Shown here one piece after another: positions 53,549-62,577 of a stretch of 64,000 bases of DNA (position 1 is the stretch's first letter; each line of letters starts with the position of its first letter). The notes under the pieces are model-generated. The model searched no databases, was not told the DNA's origin, and was given only the letters and a program-made list of their open reading frames with translations. The position numbers were made by a program, and so were the translations under genes. Source of the DNA: a virus; the IMG/VR virus record IMGVR_UViG_3300009157_000016, positions 1 to 64,000 of that record. One strand, 5' to 3'.

Positions 53549-56266
53549 TTAGATACCCTGAGAATCGAATGACTTGTAGTTCTCGCTCCAGTACTTGCCC
53601 ACGGGCTCAAGCTTGTTCCACTTCTTGCCAATGGACACTTCCACGCTCATAGGCACGTTGATGAAATCATACGGGAGCAGAAGCAGTTCGCGTGCCAAGT
53701 AGCTGATCTCATCTGCCAGTATGCTGTCCTTGTCAGGCATCATGAACGTCAGGTCGTCATGGATTTGCATGATGGGATGACGGTAGCGGATCTTATGCTT
53801 GAGAGAGCTGCGGCTGATCCTCACCATGCCGTCGTTCACAATGTCAGCCGCCAAGGACTGGATGGGGCTGTTGTACAGTTCGTGTCGGCTCATGGGATAG
53901 TAGCGGCGGCGGCCGGTGAACGTTTCCACGTAACCCACGTCGTAGTAGGTCCGCATGGTCTCGTCCTGCCACTCCTTGAGGCCGGAGAACGTTTCCCAAA
54001 ACTCCTCAAAGATGTCCTGCGCCACGTTGTCAGGCATGGCCTCGCCAAGGAAGGGTAGGAAGTAGCTGGCAACCGACGGCTCAGCCGCACCAAAGATAAC
54101 AGGGAACACCATCTTGTTCTTGACCAGTGAGCGCGCACCCTTCAATGCGTCCTCGTCATTCTTCCCCTGCTTCTCCTTAAAGTAGTCGAACAGCCACGGC
54201 CAGCGCTTGCCAATTTTGAGCGCCCATTCCTTGTGAACGTCGTATTCCTTCCACGTAGCACCGACCATGTTCTTGTCATTGCAGAACATGCAGGCGGTAC
54301 ACCACTCCAACTGCCCAAAGTCCACGCTAACGAAGACGTGGCCTTCCAGCGCTTCAACTTGCTCCCTGATCCAAGCGTCCTTGTGCTTGGGCCAGTTCTG
54401 CATGTTGGGGTCGTCCGAACTGAGTCGGGCGGTGGTGGTGAAGGTCGTGTTGAAGGAAGTGTGGAGCTTGCCGTCGGGAAAGATGAGCGTGCCGTCAGGC
54501 AGGATCATCTGGTCGACGTACGTGCTCTTCATCTTCACTTTGTTGCGCAGCTTGATAATCAGCGGCGCAAGCGGATGGTCTATCTTCTCAAGGACGGCTT
54601 TGTCAACCTTCTCAGTGACTTTATCTGAGTCCTTTTTGTCCTTGACGAAGACCTCAGGCCGCTTTAGGTAGTCACGGAATATGGTAAGGACCTGCGGCTG
54701 CGACTCAGGATTGAATTCCCCTTTATGCTCACTGACATACTTCTTGACCACTTTGAGGCCAAGGATGTCATTTACGATACCCTTGACTTCGTCTTCCAGC
54801 TTGCCTTGCAGGCGCTTGGCGGTCTTCTGGTTGATGGGGACGCCGTAGTGCTGCATGAGAGCCACCGCGCCCTGACGCGGCATGGCCATCTCATAGACAT
54901 GCTCCTGCCTGATGTCCCTGATAAGCTTGTCCTGATGGAACCAGAGTTGCAGCGTGGCGCGCGTGTCAGCGCCATTGTAGATGAGGACCTGATCGTAGGG
55001 GCTTTTGCGCAGGTCCTTCTTGTCCAGCTTGAACTGGCTCTTGATGTCTATGCCGAAGTGCTGGCGTGTGAGGAAGCCTAGCTTTTGGTATTGCGAAGCG
55101 TGATCGTCCTGACCCTTCTCGTTTGGCCCTTTGCGGCCGTCAAGGATGTAGGCTTGGACCATTGTGTCTTCCCACGAGTTGTGGTGAACAATGTCTTCGC
55201 CAAAGTAGAAGATGTACCACTCCATCTCAAATGGAGAGTTGTGCGCAATCTTGGGGATGTCACGGCGGCGTATCAACGCCTCAAGCCGGTCAAGGATCTT
55301 CTGCCGCTGCGCTTTGGACCAGTTGGCCTTGGGATGGTCGACTCCGAACGAAAACGTTCTTAGTTTTAGGTGCCTGTCATAGTAGGAAAAGGCGGCCGTC
55401 AGAATGATAGCGCCGGTGCGGTAGGGTCTGAGAGGCCACGTCTCAAGGTCGGTGGCGTAGCAGGCAACTCCTCTCTCAATGTCGTCGAACTCCCGCATCA
55501 GGGAGTCAAAGTCATCCTCGGGGCGCTCACCGCTGTAGGTGTTGACGTCCTTCTTGACAGTCTGCTGAGTCCATACTTCCGGCCACGGCGGATCGTCGTC
55601 CATGAACCGCCATATCTGCTCAAAGTCCAGCTTCCACGCGCCACCTACTCGGCCGTTCAGCGGGCGTCTGTCATCCTTGGCCGACCGCAGGACGTAGGCA
55701 GGGTGATTGGTGGGGAAGAACCAGCACTCATGCTTTCCAATGGTGACCGCAAAGAAGCGGCCCCGCATACCTTGCATGTCTTTCGTGCCAAGCATCCACT
55801 GCAAGGCTGGGATGCCAAGGCCCACGATCAGCTTGGGGGCAGCTTCCTCAATGGCGGCGGTGACGTAGCCGCGACAGCACTCCTGCTCAATCCACTCCGG
55901 CGGCCGTATCTTACCCTCAGCGTTTTTGGGGAAGTGCCTGACTGTGTTCCCGTAACCGCAGTTGTCATAGTATTCGTTGGGGATCATGGACTTGAGAAGC
56001 TTGCCTGACTTCCCAATGAACGGTACGCCCTCCTGTTCCTCCTGCGGACCCGGTGCCTCACCTAGGAAGAAAATGTCGCATCTGCGTGGTACGTCTTCAC
56101 GGACCTCATTGCCGGCACGTGAGAGGGGGCAAGCGCGACAGCCTAGGCGTTGCAGCGTTTCCGAGCTTTGCTTCGTTTGCTGGCCTACCGAAGACCGGCG
56201 GGGGCCGGTTTTGTCGGCGCCCTTTTTCGCGTTCGCCTTATCTGCTTTCTGGTAGAAGAAGCCCAT
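53549..56266 (-). CDS. polA: family A DNA polymerase with N-terminal family-4 uracil-DNA glycosylase domain and 3'-5' exonuclease
   Basis: CRACPL, GEAPG, HPAYVLR (UDG); DLET, HNSPFE, YNGAD (exo); TARLSSDDPNMQN, DFGQLE, QIHDD (pol). Confidence 0.93.
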   Translation of the reverse strand: MGFFYQKADKANAKKGADKTGPRRSSVGQQTKQSSETLQRLGCRACPLSRAGNEVREDVPRRCDIFFLGEAPGPQEEQEGVPFIGKSGKLLKSMIPNEYYDNCGYGNTVRHFPKNAEGKIRPPEWIEQECCRGYVTAAIEEAAPKLIVGLGIPALQWMLGTKDMQGMRGRFFAVTIGKHECWFFPTNHPAYVLRSAKDDRRPLNGRVGGAWKLDFEQIWRFMDDDPPWPEVWTQQTVKKDVNTYSGERPEDDFDSLMREFDDIERGVACYATDLETWPLRPYRTGAIILTAAFSYYDRHLKLRTFSFGVDHPKANWSKAQRQKILDRLEALIRRRDIPKIAHNSPFEMEWYIFYFGEDIVHHNSWEDTMVQAYILDGRKGPNEKGQDDHASQYQKLGFLTRQHFGIDIKSQFKLDKKDLRKSPYDQVLIYNGADTRATLQLWFHQDKLIRDIRQEHVYEMAMPRQGAVALMQHYGVPINQKTAKRLQGKLEDEVKGIVNDILGLKVVKKYVSEHKGEFNPESQPQVLTIFRDYLKRPEVFVKDKKDSDKVTEKVDKAVLEKIDHPLAPLIIKLRNKVKMKSTYVDQMILPDGTLIFPDGKLHTSFNTTFTTTARLSSDDPNMQNWPKHKDAWIREQVEALEGHVFVSVDFGQLEWCTACMFCNDKNMVGATWKEYDVHKEWALKIGKRWPWLFDYFKEKQGKNDEDALKGARSLVKNKMVFPVIFGAAEPSVASYFLPFLGEAMPDNVAQDIFEEFWETFSGLKEWQDETMRTYYDVGYVETFTGRRRYYPMSRHELYNSPIQSLAADIVNDGMVRISRSSLKHKIRYRHPIMQIHDDLTFMMPDKDSILADEISYLARELLLLPYDFINVPMSVEVSIGKKWNKLEPVGKYWSENYKSFDSQGI

Positions 56267-56421
56267 CACTTTTCCGCTTTGAGTTGGTCGAGTCGCTTGC
56301 GGCATGTGGCAAGCAAGTCACGGTTCGCGAAGTCACCGTGACGCTTGAGTTCTGCCTCCTGCACCGCCAGCATGACGTCGACGATTTCGATCAGGGCGTT
56401 AACCTTCTGCACATCCGGCAT
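56266..56421 (-). CDS. hypothetical small protein
   Basis: MPDVQKVNAL...; GGAG RBS; coupled to polA. Confidence 0.6.
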   Translation of the reverse strand: MPDVQKVNALIEIVDVMLAVQEAELKRHGDFANRDLLATCRKRLDQLKAEK

Positions 56422-56422
56422 G

Positions 56423-57478
56423 TCAGTCTCCGAAGTTGGACAAGATTTGGAAGAGGTCCGCCCCCTTCCGGTAGACCGTGAAGCCTTCCAGCACGGCCAT
56501 CTCTGAGCATACGTCAATGCTGCGCGCCATCAAAGCCGCGTTGACCTTGATCTCGACGTCTGGATGATCCCCTTGAAGGTTGACCAGATCGCGCACCTCG
56601 CCCATGTCGGTGTTCGTGTATAGGCGCATCCGGCCTTCCTTGATGCTGATCTCAGTGGGCTGCGATTTGGGCTCAGCCACGACACGCGCCCGGCTCAGAG
56701 CGTGCTCAAGTCCTTTGGGGACCTTCATCCACGGGATCTCATCCCGCGTGGTCTTTTCGACCCACATGGCGTGGTCCACCGGGTCTTCTGGTTTGATGAC
56801 GCGGCCGTAGACCTTGTAGTCCTTCTCAAGCTCGGCCAACACCCATTCGTCAGAAGCGTGCAGCCGGCCGTTCATGGACTTGTCGCTCTTGCAAATGCGC
56901 AGGACCGACTCGCAGAAGGAGTTGGGCATGACGAAGCTGTGCGGGTCGTTGTAGTTGGCTCCGTCGATCAGGTAGTGCGTGAGGCTGTCTGAGTCGCAGG
57001 AGTAGAAGCTGATCCCGTCACCGGTATCCAACGTGATGCCCATGAGCGCCTGTTGGCTGCTGTCCTTGCTGGTCGTGGTGAGGCAAATTTCCATCGCCTC
57101 AATCAGGCTGTCATCCAGGTCCAGCACCACGTCCCACGACTCGTCAGACGGTTCTTTGAACAGGAACTCTGACTCTGGCAAGTAGGGCAGGCGCATCTTG
57201 GACCGGCCGGCAATGAACACGACTTCGTGTTGCTGGTCGTCGAACTCAATCTCCACTTCCTCGGTGCGGCAGTTGCGCAGCAAGCCGAGCATGGTGTCGC
57301 CGTGGCAGGCGAAGGGCGCTACGCCGGACGTGCATTTGGCCACGATGCCTAGGTGGTCGTCCGTCGCGTACAGGGTGTCCCCTGTGAACACGAAGTTCTG
57401 GTAGACGGGAACCAAGTCCTGATCGGCCAAGGCGGGCTTGATCAGTTCCAACATCGTGACCAGTGCTTTGCGTCTCAT
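56423..57478 (-). CDS. DNA sliding clamp (beta-clamp, DnaN-like)
   Basis: ~351 aa; LYATDDH, QALMGI, SCDSDSL repeats of the beta-clamp ATD motif; same module as DnaX. Confidence 0.8.
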   Translation of the reverse strand: MRRKALVTMLELIKPALADQDLVPVYQNFVFTGDTLYATDDHLGIVAKCTSGVAPFACHGDTMLGLLRNCRTEEVEIEFDDQQHEVVFIAGRSKMRLPYLPESEFLFKEPSDESWDVVLDLDDSLIEAMEICLTTTSKDSSQQALMGITLDTGDGISFYSCDSDSLTHYLIDGANYNDPHSFVMPNSFCESVLRICKSDKSMNGRLHASDEWVLAELEKDYKVYGRVIKPEDPVDHAMWVEKTTRDEIPWMKVPKGLEHALSRARVVAEPKSQPTEISIKEGRMRLYTNTDMGEVRDLVNLQGDHPDVEIKVNAALMARSIDVCSEMAVLEGFTVYRKGADLFQILSNFGD

Positions 57479-57918
57479 AGCCTCACCCTTCTTGCTAGTT
57501 TCCAACGGCGCTTGGCCGATTGCTGCATCTTTGCGATAGATTCGGATGTGTGCCGCGTACCATACCTTATGTGACCTATACCTTTCTGCGTGACGCCGGA
57601 GTGACCCTTCTGAGATTTATGTTTGGCGTGACAAGAAGGATAGAGTTGATTCTGACTGTTGGTTCCATCAAGTAAGTGCGCGGCGTTGCAGCACGGATGA
57701 AATTCGCAGTCATGGAGAACCATTCTTGGCCATGCTGGCACGTAACCGTTCTCTAAGAAGAACGCCACGCGATGGGCAGTGTACTGTATGCTGTGACGAA
57801 CTGAGAATACTCCATGCCCACTGGTTTGCGTTCCGCCTAACCAAGGCCAGCATTCGTCGGGGCCGCGTCGGTCAACTTTGGACCAGAAGCGCGCTATGTC
57901 TTTAGCGCTGAGGATCAT
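57475..57918 (-). CDS. HNH endonuclease
   Basis: RFWSKVD..GPDECWPWLG, AHRVAF, VLHDC..PCCNAAHL..GT..QN; ends RRVRL. Confidence 0.9.
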   Translation of the reverse strand: MILSAKDIARFWSKVDRRGPDECWPWLGGTQTSGHGVFSVRHSIQYTAHRVAFFLENGYVPAWPRMVLHDCEFHPCCNAAHLLDGTNSQNQLYPSCHAKHKSQKGHSGVTQKGIGHIRYGTRHTSESIAKMQQSAKRRWKLARRVRL

Positions 57919-58799
57919 TCTGGCTTCCTGAAAATCAAAAGGTGCTCGTGTCTCGGCACGAGCTTCTTACCGCGCCATGCGTTGCCTGCTCTCTTGGCGG
58001 CGCTGGCGAAGTTTTTGGACAGGATAATGTCCTGCCAAAACAGGAAGCCTGCTTCACGGAAGTTCTCAACGGTATGGCTGCGGAAGTCGACCAGCTCCCC
58101 GGTCTTGTCACGGAAGTTGCCGACCACAATGCAGACGAACGCTCCCGGCTTCATGAGCGGCCAATGCGCGTAGGCGCACAGCATCATGGAAGCGTTGAAT
58201 TCTGCGTAAGAGATGGAGTTTGAGACATCGTCCCGCTGTTCGCTATACACCTCGAGATCAAAATAAGGGGGACAGGTGACAGCACAGTCAAAATCAGACT
58301 CGTCGATATCAAGATAGCGAGCGTCATCAAGGTGGTAATGCACGCGGTCAAGATTAAGGTCGGCGATAACCTTTTCGTTCTCATCTAACTGCTCCTGCCT
58401 GACGTCTACCCCGTGGTAGATGTGGCCCATGAGGGAAGCGGCTATGGCACGGGGCGGCCCGCCGCAGAAGGCGTCAAGGACCTTCGCCCTGCGCTCCTTG
58501 CCAGCGTAGCGTAGGTAAATCCATTCAGCCAAGGGAAGGGGGAACACGCTGTACGTGCCGGTGTAGACGCTGTCATGGTCAGCCCGGAACTTCTCAGCGC
58601 GTTCCCCGGTGTGGCCGTCCTCGTCAGTGACGCGACGCCAATCCCGCACGCGGCGCTTGATAGCCTCATCCACGTGCCAGATAGTCATGCTGGTCGAGAA
58701 GTCGAGCGTGGGGCGGACATACCCTTGCTTGAAGTCGGTCAGGGTCGGCCGAGTGATTTCCCGCACGCGGCCGTCAGGGAGAGTCTTCTTAAATAACAT
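57915..58799 (-). CDS. DNA amino-methyltransferase (N4-C/N6-A)
   Basis: VLDAFCGG (motif I), TCPPYFDLEVYS (motif IV), HEHLLIFRK. Confidence 0.88.
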   Translation of the reverse strand: MLFKKTLPDGRVREITRPTLTDFKQGYVRPTLDFSTSMTIWHVDEAIKRRVRDWRRVTDEDGHTGERAEKFRADHDSVYTGTYSVFPLPLAEWIYLRYAGKERRAKVLDAFCGGPPRAIAASLMGHIYHGVDVRQEQLDENEKVIADLNLDRVHYHLDDARYLDIDESDFDCAVTCPPYFDLEVYSEQRDDVSNSISYAEFNASMMLCAYAHWPLMKPGAFVCIVVGNFRDKTGELVDFRSHTVENFREAGFLFWQDIILSKNFASAAKRAGNAWRGKKLVPRHEHLLIFRKPE

Positions 58800-59178
58800 T
58801 CTGGCTACTCCTGTAACCCATGCGGCGGTTCAGCACGTGGTAGGCGTGTTCGATGTTCTTGCCGTGAGTTCCCCATTCAAGGTTATCCTCACAGTTATTC
58901 GACCGGTCGCCGTCGTCGCTCTTATGATTGACTTCGTGATCTGGACTCGGAGGGGGACCGTGAAAGGCTGTGCAGACGAGAACGTGAACAAGGAATTGCT
59001 TCGTCACTCCGTTCTTGCTGAGCACGACAGGTACATACCCACCCTTGCGTGGACGCAGACTTAGCAATTTGCCAGCCTGCGTCCCGATAGCTTGGCGGTC
59101 GCGCCGCACGCGCCCAAGACTGGAAACGCTGTACCAGCCTTCGTAGCCGACCACTGGCTTCCAGACTTCACGGCGCAT
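58789..59178 (-). CDS. NUMOD4-HNH homing endonuclease
   Basis: EVWKPVVGYEGWYSVSSLGRVR; VHVLVCTAF.G; VNHK...NLEWGT..N. Confidence 0.9.
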   Translation of the reverse strand: MRREVWKPVVGYEGWYSVSSLGRVRRDRQAIGTQAGKLLSLRPRKGGYVPVVLSKNGVTKQFLVHVLVCTAFHGPPPSPDHEVNHKSDDGDRSNNCEDNLEWGTHGKNIEHAYHVLNRRMGYRSSQNVI

Positions 59179-59189
59179 GACTGGCTCGC

Positions 59190-59447
59190 TTATGTAAGAG
59201 CGATGGGGGCGACGGCGGTAGTGCGGAGTTCGTGCTCCCGCGTGTAGGCCACCGCCTGTGCAAAGATGTCGGCTGCCCAAGCGTCAACCGTCTCCGCGTC
59301 CGTGAGCGGCTGGCCGTCCACCCCCGGTCCATACTTGATGCGGTGCGCGGCTACGAACCGTCCAAGGTCGGTAGCGTTGACAGTCTTGGTGACCGTCCTT
59401 CTGGTTGCCGGCGTCCCGCCGTTCACGTCAATGCTAATCGTCGCCAT
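59190..59447 (-). CDS. hypothetical protein
   Basis: 85 aa; AAGGAGG RBS. Confidence 0.7.
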   Translation of the reverse strand: MATISIDVNGGTPATRRTVTKTVNATDLGRFVAAHRIKYGPGVDGQPLTDAETVDAWAADIFAQAVAYTREHELRTTAVAPIALT

Positions 59448-59448
59448 G

Positions 59449-60024
59449 TCAGCCTCCTTTCAGGCTATCCTCACGCCGCATCATCTGGTCGTAGATGCGG
59501 GTGTCCATGTTCATCCAGCGGTCACCGCCACCCCGATCAAGATGATTGGATAGGACGGCAGTGTCGTTGGAACCAAACAAGGCTTCAAGGCTGCCTGCGA
59601 ACACCACATACGCCGGCTCACCACGTTCCTTGTCGTAGCATGGTAGCAGCTTGTAGCGGTTCCGGACAACCAGTGTTCCGGAACGGTTTAGCATGAACGG
59701 GCTGACGATGCATCCGAGGGGGCGTTCGGGCAACCGCCAGAGGCCGCATAGGTGCCCCGCTGTCTTGGCCGGACAAAGGCGACAACCGGGCTCTGGCTGT
59801 ATGAAGCCGCCACGAGCTTTGATGCCTATGCGGTGCAGCCTGCGGGCCTCAGACGGGCTCACGTGAACGCGGATGCCAGTGGGGCTCGTAGGGGCGTCGC
59901 AGCATTTGGCCGTGCAGCCCTTCTTGGCGATGCACTCTGGGCCGCATTGGATGAAACGCAACCGACAAGAAGGGGCGGACACCCTTACAGGAGTCCGCCC
60001 CGGTTGCGCGAAGAGTCCGCGCAA
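59449..60024 (-). CDS. YkgJ-like Cys-cluster (putative Zn/Fe-S) protein
   Basis: CxxxC...CxxxCC...CxxC...C...RPxxCxxxPF. Confidence 0.65.
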   Translation of the reverse strand: MRGLFAQPGRTPVRVSAPSCRLRFIQCGPECIAKKGCTAKCCDAPTSPTGIRVHVSPSEARRLHRIGIKARGGFIQPEPGCRLCPAKTAGHLCGLWRLPERPLGCIVSPFMLNRSGTLVVRNRYKLLPCYDKERGEPAYVVFAGSLEALFGSNDTAVLSNHLDRGGGDRWMNMDTRIYDQMMRREDSLKGG

Positions 60025-60025
60025 C

Positions 60026-60256
60026 TCAGTCCCGTTCGCGGTCGCGGTCGTTGTCGTTGTCGCCGGCGTCCTCGTCCTCGGTGATGGCGTCTTCGTCCCA
60101 CCAGTTCTCGCAGGGCGTGCCGGTGCCGTCGGCGTAGCGGATCAGGTACTTGTTGTCGGCGCTGAGATACTCGGCGCGGCCAATGACGACGCCTTTGATC
60201 TCGATGTTGTCCTCGAAGATCACTTTGGCTTCGAGGTCGTACTTGAACTTCGCCAT
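60026..60256 (-). CDS. hypothetical SH3-like protein with acidic/RD tail
   Basis: FKYDL..V...GVVIGRAEY...YLIRY...WWDED. Confidence 0.7.
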   Translation of the reverse strand: MAKFKYDLEAKVIFEDNIEIKGVVIGRAEYLSADNKYLIRYADGTGTPCENWWDEDAITEDEDAGDNDNDRDRERD

Positions 60257-60296
60257 TTCAACTCCTGTTGGTTGTGGCTGCATGATGACTATACGC

Positions 60297-60324
60297 AAAC
60301 GGCCAGCCTTCGCAGGCTGGCCGT
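60297..60324 (-). terminator. hairpin terminator
   Basis: ACGGCCAGCCT-GCGA-AGGCTGGCCGT-TT. Confidence 0.65.
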
Positions 60325-60343
60325 CAGTTTCCTGGAAGGTCGA

Positions 60344-61285
60344 TCAGTCGTCGCGGCGGCGGCGGCTGCCCTTCCGGTCGTCATCGTCATCCTTGCGGCT
60401 GGACCGCTTGGAGTCCTTGGCATCGTCGTCGTCACGGCTGCGGCGCTTGGACGAGGAAGCCTCCTTGTCGTCGTCGCGGCTGCGGCGCTTGCCCTTGTCG
60501 TCATCGTCGTCACGGGAGCGGCGCTTGCTGCTGCCCTTGTCGTCGTCATCACGGGACCGCTTCCGGTCGCCGTCGTCGGAGTCACGCTCCTTGTTCGAAG
60601 CGGTGGTCATTTTCCGCTTCTGCGCCGAGGACAGGTCATCCTTGTGCGTGACCTTGATCAGACCGTCGTAGCGCTCGACAAGGTGCCCATCCTTGGTCAG
60701 CTTCTTGAGCACGTTGTTCTGCGGGCCGCCGGTCTTGTCCTTGATGGTCTTCATGGACGCGCCGCCCTCGAAGAGCTTCACGGCGTCGGAGACCTTGGTG
60801 CCGACGACGAGCCCGTAGCGGTCGCGCTTCGCACCCTCGTAGTCACGGGGCGACTTCTTTTTGGAGCCCTTGTCGTCGTCCTTGTCACGGCCGCGGATGG
60901 ATTTGCGGTCGTCCTTGTCGTCGTCCTTGGAGGAACGACGGCCGCGCCGGTCATCCTTGTCCTCGTCCTTGTCCTTCGACTTGGCCGACTTGCGGTCATC
61001 GTCGTCGTCCTTGGACGAACGCTTGCCGCCCTTGCGGTCGTCGTCCTTGCCGCCCTTCTCCTCCTCGAAGTCCTCGATATCCTGGTCGGTCTTCAAGGCG
61101 TCCAGCGCGTTGTTCGCCCAGTCGGTCGCCGGGTCTGAGACCGCGTTGAACTCGTCGTCGGGAAGCTTGTTGACTTCCTTGGCGAGCGCGGCAAGGTAGT
61201 CCTGCCGGGTCTTGTAGTCGTCCTCGTCCTTCTTGAAGCCGGTCGCCTTGATCAGCTCCTTCTCGATTGCATGGAGTTTGGCCAT
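60344..61285 (-). CDS. winged-helix-like protein with long Lys/Arg/Asp mixed-charge tracts
   Basis: Core GTKVSDAVKLFEGGASMKTIKDKTGGPQNNVLKKLTKDGHLV flanked by KDDDR/RSRDDD repeats. Confidence 0.75.
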   Translation of the reverse strand: MAKLHAIEKELIKATGFKKDEDDYKTRQDYLAALAKEVNKLPDDEFNAVSDPATDWANNALDALKTDQDIEDFEEEKGGKDDDRKGGKRSSKDDDDDRKSAKSKDKDEDKDDRRGRRSSKDDDKDDRKSIRGRDKDDDKGSKKKSPRDYEGAKRDRYGLVVGTKVSDAVKLFEGGASMKTIKDKTGGPQNNVLKKLTKDGHLVERYDGLIKVTHKDDLSSAQKRKMTTASNKERDSDDGDRKRSRDDDDKGSSKRRSRDDDDDKGKRRSRDDDKEASSSKRRSRDDDDAKDSKRSSRKDDDDDRKGSRRRRDD

Positions 61286-61302
61286 TTCCTACTGCCTTCC
61301 TT

Positions 61303-61875
61303 TCAAGCTGTTAACCACTCACGAAACGCGGCCACCAAGTCAGCGTCGCTATCCAGACCAAGAATGCGCTTGATCCTTGTGTTGAAGCTGGGGCGTGGAA
61401 GCCCACGGTGTCTCCTACTTGGTTTCCTAAGCTCTTGCAAGTGGCGGTCACTGGCGAACACGCTGAGAAGCAAAAGCACTTCCGGAGGCGCGTTCGCCAA
61501 GACAATAGACACTGACCCTTCGTCGGCAAGATTGCAAGCTAATTCGCTCACATCTTCTACGCCGTCAACGAAGGCGGACTTGCGTTCAATGTTCTTGTTT
61601 GCTAGGTCAATCAGCTCGTTCAGGAGAGCCGTCTTGTAGAGCGCCATGAAATGGGGCGCGTGCATGACGCGCGGATACTTGACTGTGCAGCGCTCGAATA
61701 CAATGTAGGCGTCTTGCAGGAGGTCGTCCATGCCACATAGGACTGGATCATAGCGCCATAGGTTTTCACGTAAGAACTTGATCGTGTAGGCTTTTATCAC
61801 CCCGTCCCATTCAGGATACCATTCAAGACGGACACGACTGGACAACTTTTCAAGCCGCACACGGCGCTTCGGCAT
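61303..61875 (-). CDS. sigma70 region-2-like factor
   Basis: MDDLLQDAYIVF...KY...F...Y...L.N..ID...K; GGAGAGG RBS. Confidence 0.65.
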   Translation of the reverse strand: MPKRRVRLEKLSSRVRLEWYPEWDGVIKAYTIKFLRENLWRYDPVLCGMDDLLQDAYIVFERCTVKYPRVMHAPHFMALYKTALLNELIDLANKNIERKSAFVDGVEDVSELACNLADEGSVSIVLANAPPEVLLLLSVFASDRHLQELRKPSRRHRGLPRPSFNTRIKRILGLDSDADLVAAFREWLTA

Positions 61876-62010
61876 GGCCCTCTCCCCGACATAGAGCAGC
61901 GCCCCATTGCCCGGCTGCACTTCGATGTGGGTAATGGGAGCTCTAGCTGCGAAAAGTGAGCCAAGCACTTTCACGTTTCAGAGGCAAATGGAATCTTGTC
62001 ATCCACACAG

Positions 62011-62577
62011 CTAGTCATCAAGCAGCCGGCGCAGCCTCATTTGTCCGGTCTCCATGAACTGGACTTCGAAGCCCTTTTCGTCCCCATACGCCTCATAGAT
62101 GATAGGACCCTCGTGCGGAAGCTCGCCCCGAATGTAAACACCGTGGCGCTTGCAAAGCTTCTCAAGGTCCTCAGTGAACTTGCGAATGCGGTCGCGGGTT
62201 TGCGACTCGCGTTTGTTCAGGCAATGAGCGGGATACATAAGCTCCAATTCAAATTCAGCTTTGCGAATTAACTCTTCGGTGATCTTGGGATCACACCTGA
62301 GAAGCTCCTCCTCAGTGGTCAGTCTGACGTCGCATCCAGACCAACCATCCGTGAATTCGACACTGCGCATGAACCCACGCACGTCAAAGAACATCCCGTT
62401 GGAACGGTTGCCCGCGTGCATGAGTTCGTCGCCACGAAATATCCCGTAAAGTTCGCCGTATCGAAGCTTGCGTTGGATGGCAATTGCGAAGGCCACGCAA
62501 AGCCCCATCATGTACTTTCCGGAGAAGATCCGGCGCGCCAGCTTTTGCCCGGTGTCATCCAGTTCCTTGAATCTCAT
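62011..62577 (-). CDS. hypothetical protein
   Basis: YMMGLCVAFAIA...HAG...FFDVRG (Cys-His-Asp pattern). Confidence 0.65.
   Translation of the reverse strand: MRFKELDDTGQKLARRIFSGKYMMGLCVAFAIAIQRKLRYGELYGIFRGDELMHAGNRSNGMFFDVRGFMRSVEFTDGWSGCDVRLTTEEELLRCDPKITEELIRKAEFELELMYPAHCLNKRESQTRDRIRKFTEDLEKLCKRHGVYIRGELPHEGPIIYEAYGDEKGFEVQFMETGQMRLRRLLDD

Noticed and set aside
57475-59178. HNH genes as group I intron ORFs interrupting a gene
   Set aside because: The flanking clamp and MTase genes look complete and the HNH genes are translationally coupled, consistent with free-standing endonucleases
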